A DNA stretch of 64,000 nucleotides, from NCBI GenBank assembly GCA_027003075.1, contig JALWYV010000001.1, forward strand, positions 24,128 to 88,127, written 5' to 3'. The first letter of the stretch is position 1. Each line of letters begins with the position of its first letter. Positions 18,983 through 27,934 of the stretch are shown here, piece by piece. The position numbers were made by a program, and so were the translations under genes. This DNA is from a candidate division WOR-3 bacterium. GTDB lineage: Bacteria > Hydrothermota > Hydrothermia > LBFQ01. The notes beneath the pieces were generated by a model. That model saw nothing but the letters and a program-made list of their open reading frames with translations, did no database searches and was not told the origin of the DNA.

Positions 18983-19689
18983 GTTTCAATCCCTTGGCTG
19001 CAAACTATACGTGGGCAATAGATCCGTTCTGGTGAAAAGACGGTTTCAATCCCTGTTTCAATCCCTTATAGGTAGGCTGAAAACGCACATACCCGTGGGC
19101 TAAATCGCATTAGTCTGGGGAGTTTCAATCCCTTATAGGTAGGCTGAAAACAGTAAAGATGATGCATGGAAAGTTGTGCAGAAAATGCGGTTTCAATCCC
19201 TTATAGGTAGGCTGAAAACGAGCCTGTTGGGGAGGATGAAGACGACCCCTCTTAACAGTTTCAATCCCTTATAGGTAGGCTGAAAACTACCGTATTAGGG
19301 GCAATTTCCCAGTACTCGCCCTTGTTTCAATCCCTTATAGGTAGGCTGAAAACGCTGAAAACTGGGAGAGGACGGCGGCGACCGTGGATAGTTTCAATCC
19401 CTTATAGGTAGGCTGAAAACGTGAGAGTAGGGCGGGGCCCGGTAGTCGCTTCGGGTAGTTTCAATCCCTTATAGGTAGGCTGAAAACCTATCACCATGCC
19501 GGTGGCCCACTGAAGGAGTCGTAGTTTCAATCCCTTATAGGTAGGCTGAAAACTCCGTTTTGTTCAGGTACGTACTTAAATTTGAACCAAGTTTCAATCC
19601 CTTATAGGTAGGCTGAAAACGAATAAAGGAGAATGGAAAAGTAGTGCACGAGTTTAAACGTTTCAATCCCTTATAGGTAGGCTGAAAAC
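18983..19689 (-). CRISPR. CRISPR array of 10 full 30-nt repeats, one truncated repeat, one degenerate terminal repeat and 9 spacers
   Basis: Perfect 30-nt repeats start at 19055, 19122, 19190, 19258, 19324, 19391, 19458, 19524, 19591 and 19660. Spacers are 36-39 nt and all different. A degenerate copy lies at 18983-19005. I infer minus-strand orientation because the leader-like region is on the right and the minus-strand repeat ends in ATTGAAAC. Confidence 0.9.
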
Positions 19690-20023
19690 CCATCTCTCAT
19701 CCCTCGCCAAATTCTCAATTCTCATGCGATTCTACCGGGTATTATAAGGGCGGGAAAATGAAGGTGGAGGTTCGCAAACCTCCAATCCTGCAGAAATGCC
19801 GGGGGGTTTGCGAAGAGGGTGTGGATGCCCATCACTATTGAGAAAACGACATTTCAATACGTTTGAACGGTCGTTCAAGCACCCCACGTAAGTTAAAATT
19901 TTCCGGAGGTTTGCGAAGTCGCTTTGTGGTACAAAGTAGTCTTCAATGTGAACTTAAGTACTCACAGCAACATAGTGTCCCATGCAGAAGACGATTTTTC
20001 GTATCTACAGCCTCCCTCCAGAC
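19690..20023 (-). promoter_or_regulatory. putative CRISPR leader (non-coding, abuts the perfect-repeat end of the array)
   Basis: 334-nt non-coding stretch next to the last perfect repeat. It holds the palindrome GGAGGTTCGCAAACCTCC and two GGTTTGCGAAG copies. Confidence 0.4.
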
Positions 20024-20755
20024 TCATGGGATTATGTAAGGTACACCTCTCCTGTCTACTTTTACCCTTCCCACTATCACGATTTTCTCCTCACCCGGCA
20101 TGTAGATAGGATGTACATCCGGGGATAGTACCCTTCCCGCAATTAGCATTCCACTGCCGTATATACAGCCCGTAGAGTCATAAACTGTCATGGCGGAACG
20201 GCTGAGATCCTCGGGATGAGGGGTGCTTCTCTTTACCGGACACCCCCATCCTCCAGGGGAAACCACTAACAGAACCCTCTTCCCGGCGTAGTCCTTCGGC
20301 GAGTCCAGGATGTCCCCTACCCTTACCCTGTAAATGGGCTTCCCCGAATACTCAAGACGTACGCTCAAAGATTCCCCTACCAGAACCACCTTTCCTTCAG
20401 GAAGGATCTTGAGGGATAACACTTCCCCCGGTTTTCCCCCTTCACGATTTTCCCTGTGACCGTTGTGGGAGATGTACCACTTTCCCCCTTTGTACCCTAT
20501 CTCAATACGGTCTTTCGCAGGGATTTCAAAAGTCACGTTTTCAACAGTTATCAGGAGTGTAGATTTACCACTACTTTCCACATCAAACGCCACAGATACG
20601 GACTTTAGAGTGTCCGATTTCAGGAGAGGAAGCCTGATCCTGTAAGTTATCCCATCCCCCGGGATCTTTATCCGGGAAGATAAATAGGTTTTGGGAAGTG
20701 AGCCATCGTAGGCACCGATGGGAACGGGAAAAACTATTGTAATAGGCGCAACCAT
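20024..20755 (-). CDS. hypothetical protein (243 aa)
   Basis: ORF with host-like composition. The C-terminal 'GKRVLLVVSPGGWGCP' segment is faintly reminiscent of swivelling beta/beta/alpha (DUF126-like) domains. Unassigned. Confidence 0.4.
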   Translation of the reverse strand: MVAPITIVFPVPIGAYDGSLPKTYLSSRIKIPGDGITYRIRLPLLKSDTLKSVSVAFDVESSGKSTLLITVENVTFEIPAKDRIEIGYKGGKWYISHNGHRENREGGKPGEVLSLKILPEGKVVLVGESLSVRLEYSGKPIYRVRVGDILDSPKDYAGKRVLLVVSPGGWGCPVKRSTPHPEDLSRSAMTVYDSTGCIYGSGMLIAGRVLSPDVHPIYMPGEEKIVIVGRVKVDRRGVPYIIP

Positions 20756-20794
20756 ACCCGGATTTTACGGTGGGGACTTTGTGAATACTTCCTT

Positions 20795-21754
20795 TTGCCC
20801 TCGTATAATTCCTGCCGCTTGAAGGGTAGAAAATTACTCACGAACCTTGTAAAGGTTCTGCTTACGGTTGTCGCTGTCTACTGGGTCTTTCGCACGACCG
20901 ATATAAAGGCCGTATATCATCTGATCCTTAAGATGGACGTACTTTTGGGGTTTCTCGGCGTCCTCTTCATATTCCTTGGCCTCTCCCTGTCCGGTATCCG
21001 ATGGTGGATATTCCTGCCCTACAAGGATAAGATATCCCCGTTCAGGGCGGTCTTTATAACTCTGGGGGCCCTCTTTTACGGTATGTTCCTGCCCGCCGGG
21101 GCCGGTGTGGACGCCATAAGGGGGTACTACGCCGGTCTGGAGATAAACTCCCATTCCACAAGTTTCGCCTCCGTGTTCATAGACCGTATGGTCGGTTTCC
21201 TCGCCCTTACCACCATAGCCGTCATAGGCGTCCTCCTTGGCAGCAAACCGCTCCAACCCATCGCTCCCCTGATATTTGTGGGCTTTGTCCTGACCTTCTT
21301 CGCCTCCGTCGTTATCCTGAGCCGGAGACTGAGGCATCCCGTAGCCCGGTTGCTCGGCAGGATCCACCTCTGGGGGTTAGGAGATAAACTGGCCCGCTTC
21401 TTGATGGCGTTTGACCATTACAGGGATAACCCGGGGAAGGTGGGGGTAGGCTTTGTGGTCTCCTTCATCATGCAGAGCCTTCTCGGTGTGGGAGCATACT
21501 TCATAGGGAAAGGCCTCCATCTAGATCCTCCGTTTATAAAGACGGTGGTTTACACTCCCCTCGTAAACCTCATAACCATGCTCCCCGTAACCATAGGGGG
21601 GGTGGGTATCCGTGAAGGGGGGTTCATTTATCTGCTCTCCCATGCCGTTGGTAAAACCGGGGCTGTATCCCTCTCCATCCTGTACTACTTCGGAAACATA
21701 CTGGCCGCATCTCCCGGTTTCCTCTTTATATGGCTGTCGGATAGGAAGAGGTAA
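20795..21754 (+). CDS. flippase-like / lysylphosphatidylglycerol-synthase transmembrane-region family membrane protein (UPF0104)
   Basis: Eight predicted transmembrane helices. 'RWWIFLPYKDKISPFRAVFITLGALFYGMFLPAGAGVDAIRGYY' resembles the MprF transmembrane-domain family. Confidence 0.6.
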   Translation: MPSYNSCRLKGRKLLTNLVKVLLTVVAVYWVFRTTDIKAVYHLILKMDVLLGFLGVLFIFLGLSLSGIRWWIFLPYKDKISPFRAVFITLGALFYGMFLPAGAGVDAIRGYYAGLEINSHSTSFASVFIDRMVGFLALTTIAVIGVLLGSKPLQPIAPLIFVGFVLTFFASVVILSRRLRHPVARLLGRIHLWGLGDKLARFLMAFDHYRDNPGKVGVGFVVSFIMQSLLGVGAYFIGKGLHLDPPFIKTVVYTPLVNLITMLPVTIGGVGIREGGFIYLLSHAVGKTGAVSLSILYYFGNILAASPGFLFIWLSDRKR

Positions 21755-21861
21755 TGCCATAACGGATATTATTGTTTCATATACCCCAATTGTCATAAGC
21801 GTTTAAATTGTTCCGGTATACCGGAGCAATTCCGGTATCTTGACTTCCCTATGACACGTGA

Positions 21862-22377
21862 TCAAACCAGCCCCATTCTTTTTGCCAGAGTGTGAAACAG
21901 TTCCTCCCTGTTTTCAAGGGTTATCAGAATGGGCCGGGAGGTCCTCCTTATCCTTCTCACGAGAGGGTGAACGTCCTTTATAGGTATGGTGGCCAGAACC
22001 CTTATGTTCCTCCGAAAGGCTATCCCCTCAACCACCCTGACGAACCTATCACTGAAGAGCTCCATTTTACCTATCTCGTCCACAAGTACGATCTCTGGAC
22101 AGAGAGGTAAGCACGATTCAAGGATGGGTACAACCACCTCCTCAAATCCCCGGACGTTCACCCTGTACTTCCCCACCCTGTAGGGACTCTCAAAATCCAC
22201 GTGGGCAAGAATACCTTCCTTCCCTTCCGTCGTTATTACCTTAAATCCCACCCTCCTTCCCCTCTCCCTTATCTCCTCCGTCCAGAAACCCCTGAACCTA
22301 TCCGGGTCCAGAGAGTACAACCTCTTAATTAGGGTCGTCTTCCCTACGCCCGGTTTACCCGTAACGAAAACCTTCAA
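21862..22377 (-). CDS. nucleoside-triphosphatase, THEP1/NTPase_1 family
   Basis: Walker A 'VTGKPGVGKTT' and Walker B 'VLVDEIG'. ~170 aa, the typical size for THEP1. Confidence 0.7.
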   Translation of the reverse strand: MKVFVTGKPGVGKTTLIKRLYSLDPDRFRGFWTEEIRERGRRVGFKVITTEGKEGILAHVDFESPYRVGKYRVNVRGFEEVVVPILESCLPLCPEIVLVDEIGKMELFSDRFVRVVEGIAFRRNIRVLATIPIKDVHPLVRRIRRTSRPILITLENREELFHTLAKRMGLV

Positions 22378-23360
22378 CCCCCGTGGGCCTCCAGTTCCCT
22401 TATGTACTCGTCCGCCATCATGGCGGCCACGGCACCGTCCGCTACGGCCGTAACCACCTGCCTGAGGGGTTTGACCCTGCCATCGCCGGCGACGAAGAGG
22501 CCGGGGGTCTTCGTTCTGGTATCCTCACCCACGAGTGCAAAGCCCCTCTCGTCCAGATCAACGAAATCCTTAACTAAGTCGTTCATAGGACGGAGACCTA
22601 TATATATGAAAGCCGCATCCACCTCAAGGAAGCTCTCCTCCCCCGTCTTCGTGTCCCTTAAGCGCAGGCCTTTGAGCATCTTATCCCCCACGAACTCCAC
22701 CACGACCTTGTTCAGAAGGAACTCAACGTTCGGTTTCTTCTTCATCTGCTCAACGTATATCTTCTGCGCCCGGAACTGATCCCTGCGGTGGATGAGGTAG
22801 ACCTTCTTTACGATGTTGGTCAGGTACAACCCCTCGGTAAAGGCGGAGTCCCCTCCCCCTATGACTGCCACCTCTTTGCCCTTGAAAAAGGGGCCGTCGC
22901 ATACTGCACAGTAGGACACACCCCTGCCCGTGAACTCCTTCTCACCCGGAACGCCGAGTTTCCTCGGCTCGGCACCGGTAGCCCATATAACGGCCTTCGC
23001 CCTGAACTCTCCCTCCGTGGTTTCCAGAACGAACTTCCCTTCCCCCTCCTTCCTTATGCGTGTTACCTCCGCGAAAACTATATGGGCGCCGAACTTCTTG
23101 GCGTGCTTCTCCATCCTCTTGGCGAGCTCTGGCCCCTTGATACTCTCTATGCCCGGGTAGTTGTCAACGTCGTCCGTAACGGCTATCTGACCTCCTATGG
23201 AAAGTTTCTCAAATACGACGGTCTTCAACATGGACCTTCCGGCGTACAGGGCGGCGGTGAGTCCGGCGGGCCCCCCACCCACTATAGCCACGTCCAGGTC
23301 TCTCTCCACATCGCTCTCACCGGATATGTCCTCAAGGGTTATCTGGAACATAACCGGCAA
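22374..23360 (-). CDS. trxB: thioredoxin-disulfide reductase
   Basis: FAD site 'VAIVGGGPAGLTAALYAGR', redox site 'CAVCDG', NADPH site 'GGGDSA'. The N-terminus may be over-extended by about 20 aa. Confidence 0.9.
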   Translation of the reverse strand: MPVMFQITLEDISGESDVERDLDVAIVGGGPAGLTAALYAGRSMLKTVVFEKLSIGGQIAVTDDVDNYPGIESIKGPELAKRMEKHAKKFGAHIVFAEVTRIRKEGEGKFVLETTEGEFRAKAVIWATGAEPRKLGVPGEKEFTGRGVSYCAVCDGPFFKGKEVAVIGGGDSAFTEGLYLTNIVKKVYLIHRRDQFRAQKIYVEQMKKKPNVEFLLNKVVVEFVGDKMLKGLRLRDTKTGEESFLEVDAAFIYIGLRPMNDLVKDFVDLDERGFALVGEDTRTKTPGLFVAGDGRVKPLRQVVTAVADGAVAAMMADEYIRELEAHGG

Positions 23361-23388
23361 TTATACCGTTGAAACGGGAAATATAACC

Positions 23389-25539
23389 TTACTTCCCTAC
23401 GGTTGAACCTACCTTCATTACCCTGTCTCCTACCCTTACCAGAACGAAACCCACCCTTTTGGACGGTAGATCCAGAGGTATCCTGTACTTCCCCGCCGGC
23501 AGGTACCCGATACTACGCCTCTTCACGAGACGTCCATCGCCGGAGAATACGTCGTATCCGACGTAGGCGGGACTATCCAGTACCACGACGATCCCATCCC
23601 CCTGAAGTTTGACCTTATCCCGAATCTCAGGAGCCTCGTAAACGTCCACAATATCCGGATCCATCTTCACAATTACCACGTCTTCACTGCCCACAGTTCC
23701 AAAAACCACCCTTGAGGGCATGAAGTCCACAGACTGAAACGAGTAGCCCACGACGAATACGCTCCCGTCGCCTCCAACGGCGACCCCTACACCCCCCTCG
23801 CTGGAGGGCCCCGCAAAGACCCGGCTCTCAACGTGGGTAGTCAGGGTTCCGTCCATCCTCGTGAGGAATATGTCCGATCCTCCTTCCGTCCCTATAACGG
23901 TCCTTGAGACCGAGTACTTTGAGGCGTTGTAGGTCGTACCGGTCACCAGAACGTCCCCATCTCCGGCTACGGCCATACCTCCGAAGATCACGTACATGGA
24001 ATCCCCAAATACGGCCGTAGACAGGTGGGACGAGAGATCCGGTGTAAGTCTGGTCACAAAAGGCGAGATTCTCGTCGCTGGCCCGTACACGGTTCTGGAG
24101 TCGGAGAAGGTAAGTGCAGATCCCGTGGTACCGCCTACGAGGACGTTTCCGGCGCTGTCTAAGGCGACCCCCTCGGCACGGTCGGCGTCCTCGCTTGATA
24201 CGATGGCCGTGGCCACGTGGGAGTTTAGATCGTCGGTAAGCTTTGTAGCGAAGGCCGCCTGATATAGGTTCAGCGTACCGAATACCGTACGCCAGGGCAT
24301 AAAATCGGATCCGTCCCCCGCCTGTCCCACCACGTAAACGTATCCCGAAGGGTCGTAAGTAAGGGCGTAGGCCACGTCCGTTTCGCTGGACGTCAGTATG
24401 GCAGTGGCTATATGGGTGGACAGGTCTCCGCTCAACTTAGTGATGAAGGCGTTCCCGCCTCCCGGTGTACCGAAAACCGTTCTGTTCGGAGCGAAGTCGG
24501 AGGACGACGTGTATCCGGCCACGAAGACGTCACCGCTGTCGTCCGTAGTCACAGCGTGGGCCTCGTCGTAGGAACTTCCCCCGAGAATAACGGTCGCCCG
24601 GTGGGTACTCAGGTCCCCGGACAGACGGGTTATAAAGGCGTCCTTACCTCCGGTGGTTCCCAGAACCGTACGGGAGGGGGCGAAGTCGGAGGGCGAGTAC
24701 GTCCACCCGGCCACCACGACATCCCCGTCGCCTGTCAGAGTGATAGCGTCTCCTGCGTCTCTGCCACTGCTGGATAGGATAACTGTAGCCACGTGACCGG
24801 TGAGATCGGGGGTTAACTTCGTTACGAACACGTCGCTCAGGGTATCGGATGCGGTAGGCCCCAGAAAGGTTCTGGAGGGAGCGAAGTCAAACGGGAAGCT
24901 GGTCGTTCCCACGACGTACACGTACCCGTCGTTGTCCACCACCACCCCTCCGGGTCTATCTTTTCCGCTCCCCGATACGACGGCGGTTACAACGGGGTCT
25001 ATCACCAGAGTGTCCGAGGGGTCGTAATCGTTGACTATAAATCGTATCGCGTTCCCCTTTATCTCCGCAGAGACTTCCACCTCCCGCGTCCCCTGAAATG
25101 CCCTGATCTCGCCTATCCTCACAACCTTCCTTCCATCCCTCACGATGTAAACTCCCCCGTTGTCCCTTAAGAGCGCTGCCCCCTCAACCTCAAGTCCCAC
25201 CTGAGAGGGATCCCTTCCGGGATGGACGAAGAACTGCACCTCCACCCCTCCGTTCGCCCTCGTAAGGGTGACGTCCGTCCCCTCTCCCCCGAACCTCAAC
25301 CTCCTGTACAGGGCGTACGCAGAAGACGTGCCACGACCGAGGAACGTAACCTTCCCCTCCGGCATCTCAGGTATCACCGTACCGTTAAGCCGTACCGTAG
25401 GCCTTACGGTTATACCGGATATACGTACGGAAGCGTCCTTCCCCACGCTTACACCGTCCGACCACGCCGATTCACGGGCCTCACTCACAAGGAAACCGTC
25501 CGGGAACGTCCCGAACGAATTGAGAAAAATATGGAACAT
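23389..25539 (-). CDS. secreted beta-propeller (SBBP-like) repeat protein with a T9SS-like C-terminal domain
   Basis: 716 aa with about 9 repeats of '...DxxGNVYVxGxTxxxDFxPxRTVxG'. The C-terminus '...LPAGKYRIPLDL...GFVLVRVGDRVMKVGSTVGK' is patterned like a CTD. A strong RBS (AAAGGAGG) precedes the ATG at 25539. Confidence 0.6.
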   Translation of the reverse strand: MFHIFLNSFGTFPDGFLVSEARESAWSDGVSVGKDASVRISGITVRPTVRLNGTVIPEMPEGKVTFLGRGTSSAYALYRRLRFGGEGTDVTLTRANGGVEVQFFVHPGRDPSQVGLEVEGAALLRDNGGVYIVRDGRKVVRIGEIRAFQGTREVEVSAEIKGNAIRFIVNDYDPSDTLVIDPVVTAVVSGSGKDRPGGVVVDNDGYVYVVGTTSFPFDFAPSRTFLGPTASDTLSDVFVTKLTPDLTGHVATVILSSSGRDAGDAITLTGDGDVVVAGWTYSPSDFAPSRTVLGTTGGKDAFITRLSGDLSTHRATVILGGSSYDEAHAVTTDDSGDVFVAGYTSSSDFAPNRTVFGTPGGGNAFITKLSGDLSTHIATAILTSSETDVAYALTYDPSGYVYVVGQAGDGSDFMPWRTVFGTLNLYQAAFATKLTDDLNSHVATAIVSSEDADRAEGVALDSAGNVLVGGTTGSALTFSDSRTVYGPATRISPFVTRLTPDLSSHLSTAVFGDSMYVIFGGMAVAGDGDVLVTGTTYNASKYSVSRTVIGTEGGSDIFLTRMDGTLTTHVESRVFAGPSSEGGVGVAVGGDGSVFVVGYSFQSVDFMPSRVVFGTVGSEDVVIVKMDPDIVDVYEAPEIRDKVKLQGDGIVVVLDSPAYVGYDVFSGDGRLVKRRSIGYLPAGKYRIPLDLPSKRVGFVLVRVGDRVMKVGSTVGK

Positions 25540-25708
25540 ATCCCCTCCTTTGCAACTATTATACGGGAGATTTAGGAAATTTTCACATACCGAGCAAAAT
25601 AATTCAAATTTTTGAGCAGATAAAACGGGTAAGGCTCAATAAAATCCGACCTTACAGGTCAGGATTCACCCTTAAAATACCTTCGCAAACCCAAAAGGAG
25701 GTAGAAAG

Positions 25709-26353
25709 ATGAAGCTGATAGGAGACAGGTTCCCGGAGATAGAGGTGGAGACGACCCACGGAAAGATAAAGCTGCCCGATCACTTTGCGGGTAAGTGGTT
25801 TATACTCTTTAGCCATCCCGCCGACTTTACCCCCGTCTGTACGACGGAGTTCTACTCCTTCCAGAAGCACTACGACGAGTTCCGCAACCTCGGGGCGGAG
25901 CTGATAGGTCTATCCGTGGATCAGGTCTTCTCCCACATAAAGTGGGTGGAGTGGATAGAGGAGAAGCTCGGTCTGAAGATAGAGTTCCCCATCATAGCAG
26001 ATCACACCCTTGAGGTTTCTAAAGAGCTCGGCCTGATACACCCCAACAAGGACACGACCACCGTCCGTGCCGTCTTCATAGTGGATCCTAACGGTGTAAT
26101 CCGTGCCATAATCTACTACCCGCAGGAGATCGGTCGCAACATTCCCGAGATCGTGCGCGCCCTTAAAGCCCTCAAGACCTTTGACGAGAAGAAGCTCGCC
26201 GTACCCGCCAACTGGCCCGAGAACGAACTGATAGGGGACAGGCTCATAGTACCGCCGGCGAAGAGCGTGGAGGACGCTAAGGCCCGCCTTGAGGCCGCGA
26301 AGAAGGGCGAACACGAGTGTTACGACTGGTGGTTCTGTCACAAGAAGGCCTGA
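25709..26353 (+). CDS. peroxiredoxin (archaeal-type, Prx6-like, with a C-terminal Cys pair)
   Basis: '[41 protein letters not shown]' is the AhpC/TSA active site. It ends '...[11 protein letters not shown]'. The RBS AAAGGAGGT lies upstream. Confidence 0.9.
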   Translation: MKLIGDRFPEIEVETTHGKIKLPDHFAGKWFILFSHPADFTPVCTTEFYSFQKHYDEFRNLGAELIGLSVDQVFSHIKWVEWIEEKLGLKIEFPIIADHTLEVSKELGLIHPNKDTTTVRAVFIVDPNGVIRAIIYYPQEIGRNIPEIVRALKALKTFDEKKLAVPANWPENELIGDRLIVPPAKSVEDAKARLEAAKKGEHECYDWWFCHKKA

Positions 26354-26376
26354 GAGAGGGAAATTCGGAAAGGATA

Positions 26377-26401
26377 GGGGAGGCGTAGCCTCCCCTTTTT
26401 T
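26377..26401 (+). terminator. rho-independent terminator after the peroxiredoxin gene
   Basis: Hairpin GGGGAGGC-GTA-GCCTCCCC followed by a T6 run. Confidence 0.6.
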
Positions 26402-26409
26402 CGTTCCAC

Positions 26410-26439
26410 TTGACGTACCTGTCCTCGCGCCTTTAAAAT
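26410..26439 (+). promoter_or_regulatory. sigma70-like promoter for the lipoprotein gene
   Basis: TTGACG, an 18-nt spacer, then TAAAAT, ending 9 nt before the ATG at 26449. This implies a near-leaderless mRNA. Confidence 0.4.
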
Positions 26440-26448
26440 CCACTTACC

Positions 26449-27243
26449 ATGCGTAGAGTTTTGATGGCGTTTCTTCTGGTCGGTGTTATAGCTTCGTGTA
26501 AGAAGTCCACGGAACCGGATACGGGATCTGGACCGGAACCGGAGCCGACCCCCACACCGGAAAGTACGGTGGTGTACTTCGGACTTGACAGTACCTTCGT
26601 GTACAGGGATAGCCTCTACATCTTCAGTTCTGACAGCTCCTCCATAGATACCGTGAAGAGGACGTTCTTTGACGGTATAACCTCAGGTGGATTTTATCTC
26701 GTACCTTTCAGGGACTCCACGTACTCCAGCGGGCAGGTGAGGGAGGATACCTTTAAGGTGAGCGGCGATACCCTCTACCTGAAGATCCGCTTCGCCATGG
26801 ATACCGTCAGCCTCGGTCTGGTCCTTGACTACCTCATAGGGGTCAAACCCCTCACCGTAGGCCAGTCCTGGACTCCTCTGACTCCCGCCGTGTACCCCCT
26901 TACGGACTCGCTCATAAGTCCCCAGAGCGGATGTACCCTTTACGTCTACTTTGATTCCCTGAGTGTGGACTCCTCCTTCGCCAGAGTTCTGGACACCACC
27001 ACCGTCACCACGCCTCTGGACACGTACACCGGAGTTTACCGGGTGATCTACCGCCACTACCTCAAGCTCTACTTCCACACCACCGGATGCTTCACCCTGA
27101 ACGGCACGGCCGATATAGCCATGAGGGACACCTCCTACTTCAAGACGTACTACGGCCTCGTGCAGTCGGACGTGTTTACGCGAATAGTATCTCTGGTTAG
27201 TACGGACTCCACGAAGAACCACAGGGTACTCATAGGGAGGTGA
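26449..27243 (+). CDS. hypothetical lipoprotein
   Basis: Signal peptide with a lipobox, 'MRRVLMAFLLVGVIASC'. The mature protein is Thr/Ser/Asp-rich. Confidence 0.5.
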   Translation: MRRVLMAFLLVGVIASCKKSTEPDTGSGPEPEPTPTPESTVVYFGLDSTFVYRDSLYIFSSDSSSIDTVKRTFFDGITSGGFYLVPFRDSTYSSGQVREDTFKVSGDTLYLKIRFAMDTVSLGLVLDYLIGVKPLTVGQSWTPLTPAVYPLTDSLISPQSGCTLYVYFDSLSVDSSFARVLDTTTVTTPLDTYTGVYRVIYRHYLKLYFHTTGCFTLNGTADIAMRDTSYFKTYYGLVQSDVFTRIVSLVSTDSTKNHRVLIGR

Positions 27244-27485
27244 GCATGGAGATCACCCCCGAGACGACGGTTGAGGAGGTAGTCATCAGGTATCCTGAGT
27301 CCGTGGATATCTTTTTCAAGTACGGTATCCCTGCTATAGCGTGCGGTGCCCCCATCTGGGGGACGATAGGAGAGAACGCCGAGAAGTACGGTGTCAAGGA
27401 TCTGGACGCCCTTCTCAGGGAACTGAACGACCTGGCCAGAAAGAAGGGAGGGAAGATAGACGTAAAGCTCATGCCCGGCTCGTGA
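27240..27485 (+). CDS. DUF1858-domain protein
   Basis: 81 aa with 'FFKYGIPAIACGAPIWGTIGE', typical of DUF1858. Its stop overlaps the next gene's start (TGATG). Confidence 0.6.
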   Translation: MSMEITPETTVEEVVIRYPESVDIFFKYGIPAIACGAPIWGTIGENAEKYGVKDLDALLRELNDLARKKGGKIDVKLMPGS

Positions 27486-27934
27486 TGGAGGATCTGCGTT
27501 GTCTTAAAGAGGTTCTGGTGGGTGAGGGCCTTACGGTTTCTGCCGCCGAATCCTGTACGGGTGGGGCCCTCGCCCACGCCCTGACCTCCATCCCGGGATC
27601 GTCGGAGTACTTTCTCGGTAGCGTCGTTGCCTACTCCGTGGACGTTAAGGTCAAAGTGCTTGGGGTAAATAGGGAGACGGTTGAGAAGTATACCGTGTAC
27701 TCCCCTCAGGTCGTCCGCGAGATGGCCGAGGGTGTAAGGAGAATAACCGGTTCGGAAGTTGCCCTATCCACGAGCGGGGAGTTCAACGGAAAGGGGTACT
27801 TCTACTACTGCATAATCACGCCGTACGGGGAAGAAGTGGGGAGGGTGGAGGTGGAGGGCGACAGAATAGAAATGAAGGAAAAGGCCGTACGTTTCCTTCT
27901 GCGTAGACTCCTGCGTATCCTCGTTACGTCTTGA
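27485..27934 (+). CDS. pncC: CinA C-terminal domain protein / nicotinamide-nucleotide amidohydrolase PncC-like
   Basis: 'LTVSAAESCTGGALAH' is the CinA_C motif. I place the start at the ATG at 27485, not at the upstream ORF extension. Confidence 0.75.
   Translation: MEDLRCLKEVLVGEGLTVSAAESCTGGALAHALTSIPGSSEYFLGSVVAYSVDVKVKVLGVNRETVEKYTVYSPQVVREMAEGVRRITGSEVALSTSGEFNGKGYFYYCIITPYGEEVGRVEVEGDRIEMKEKAVRFLLRRLLRILVTS

Noticed and set aside
18975-20023. Looked for cas genes or a Cas6-like ORF adjacent to the CRISPR array
   Set aside because: The only ORFs near the array are the lptF/G-family gene and a 243-aa hypothetical gene with no Cas-like motifs. Small ORFs inside the array or leader (for example 19924-20109) overlap repeats and are spurious.
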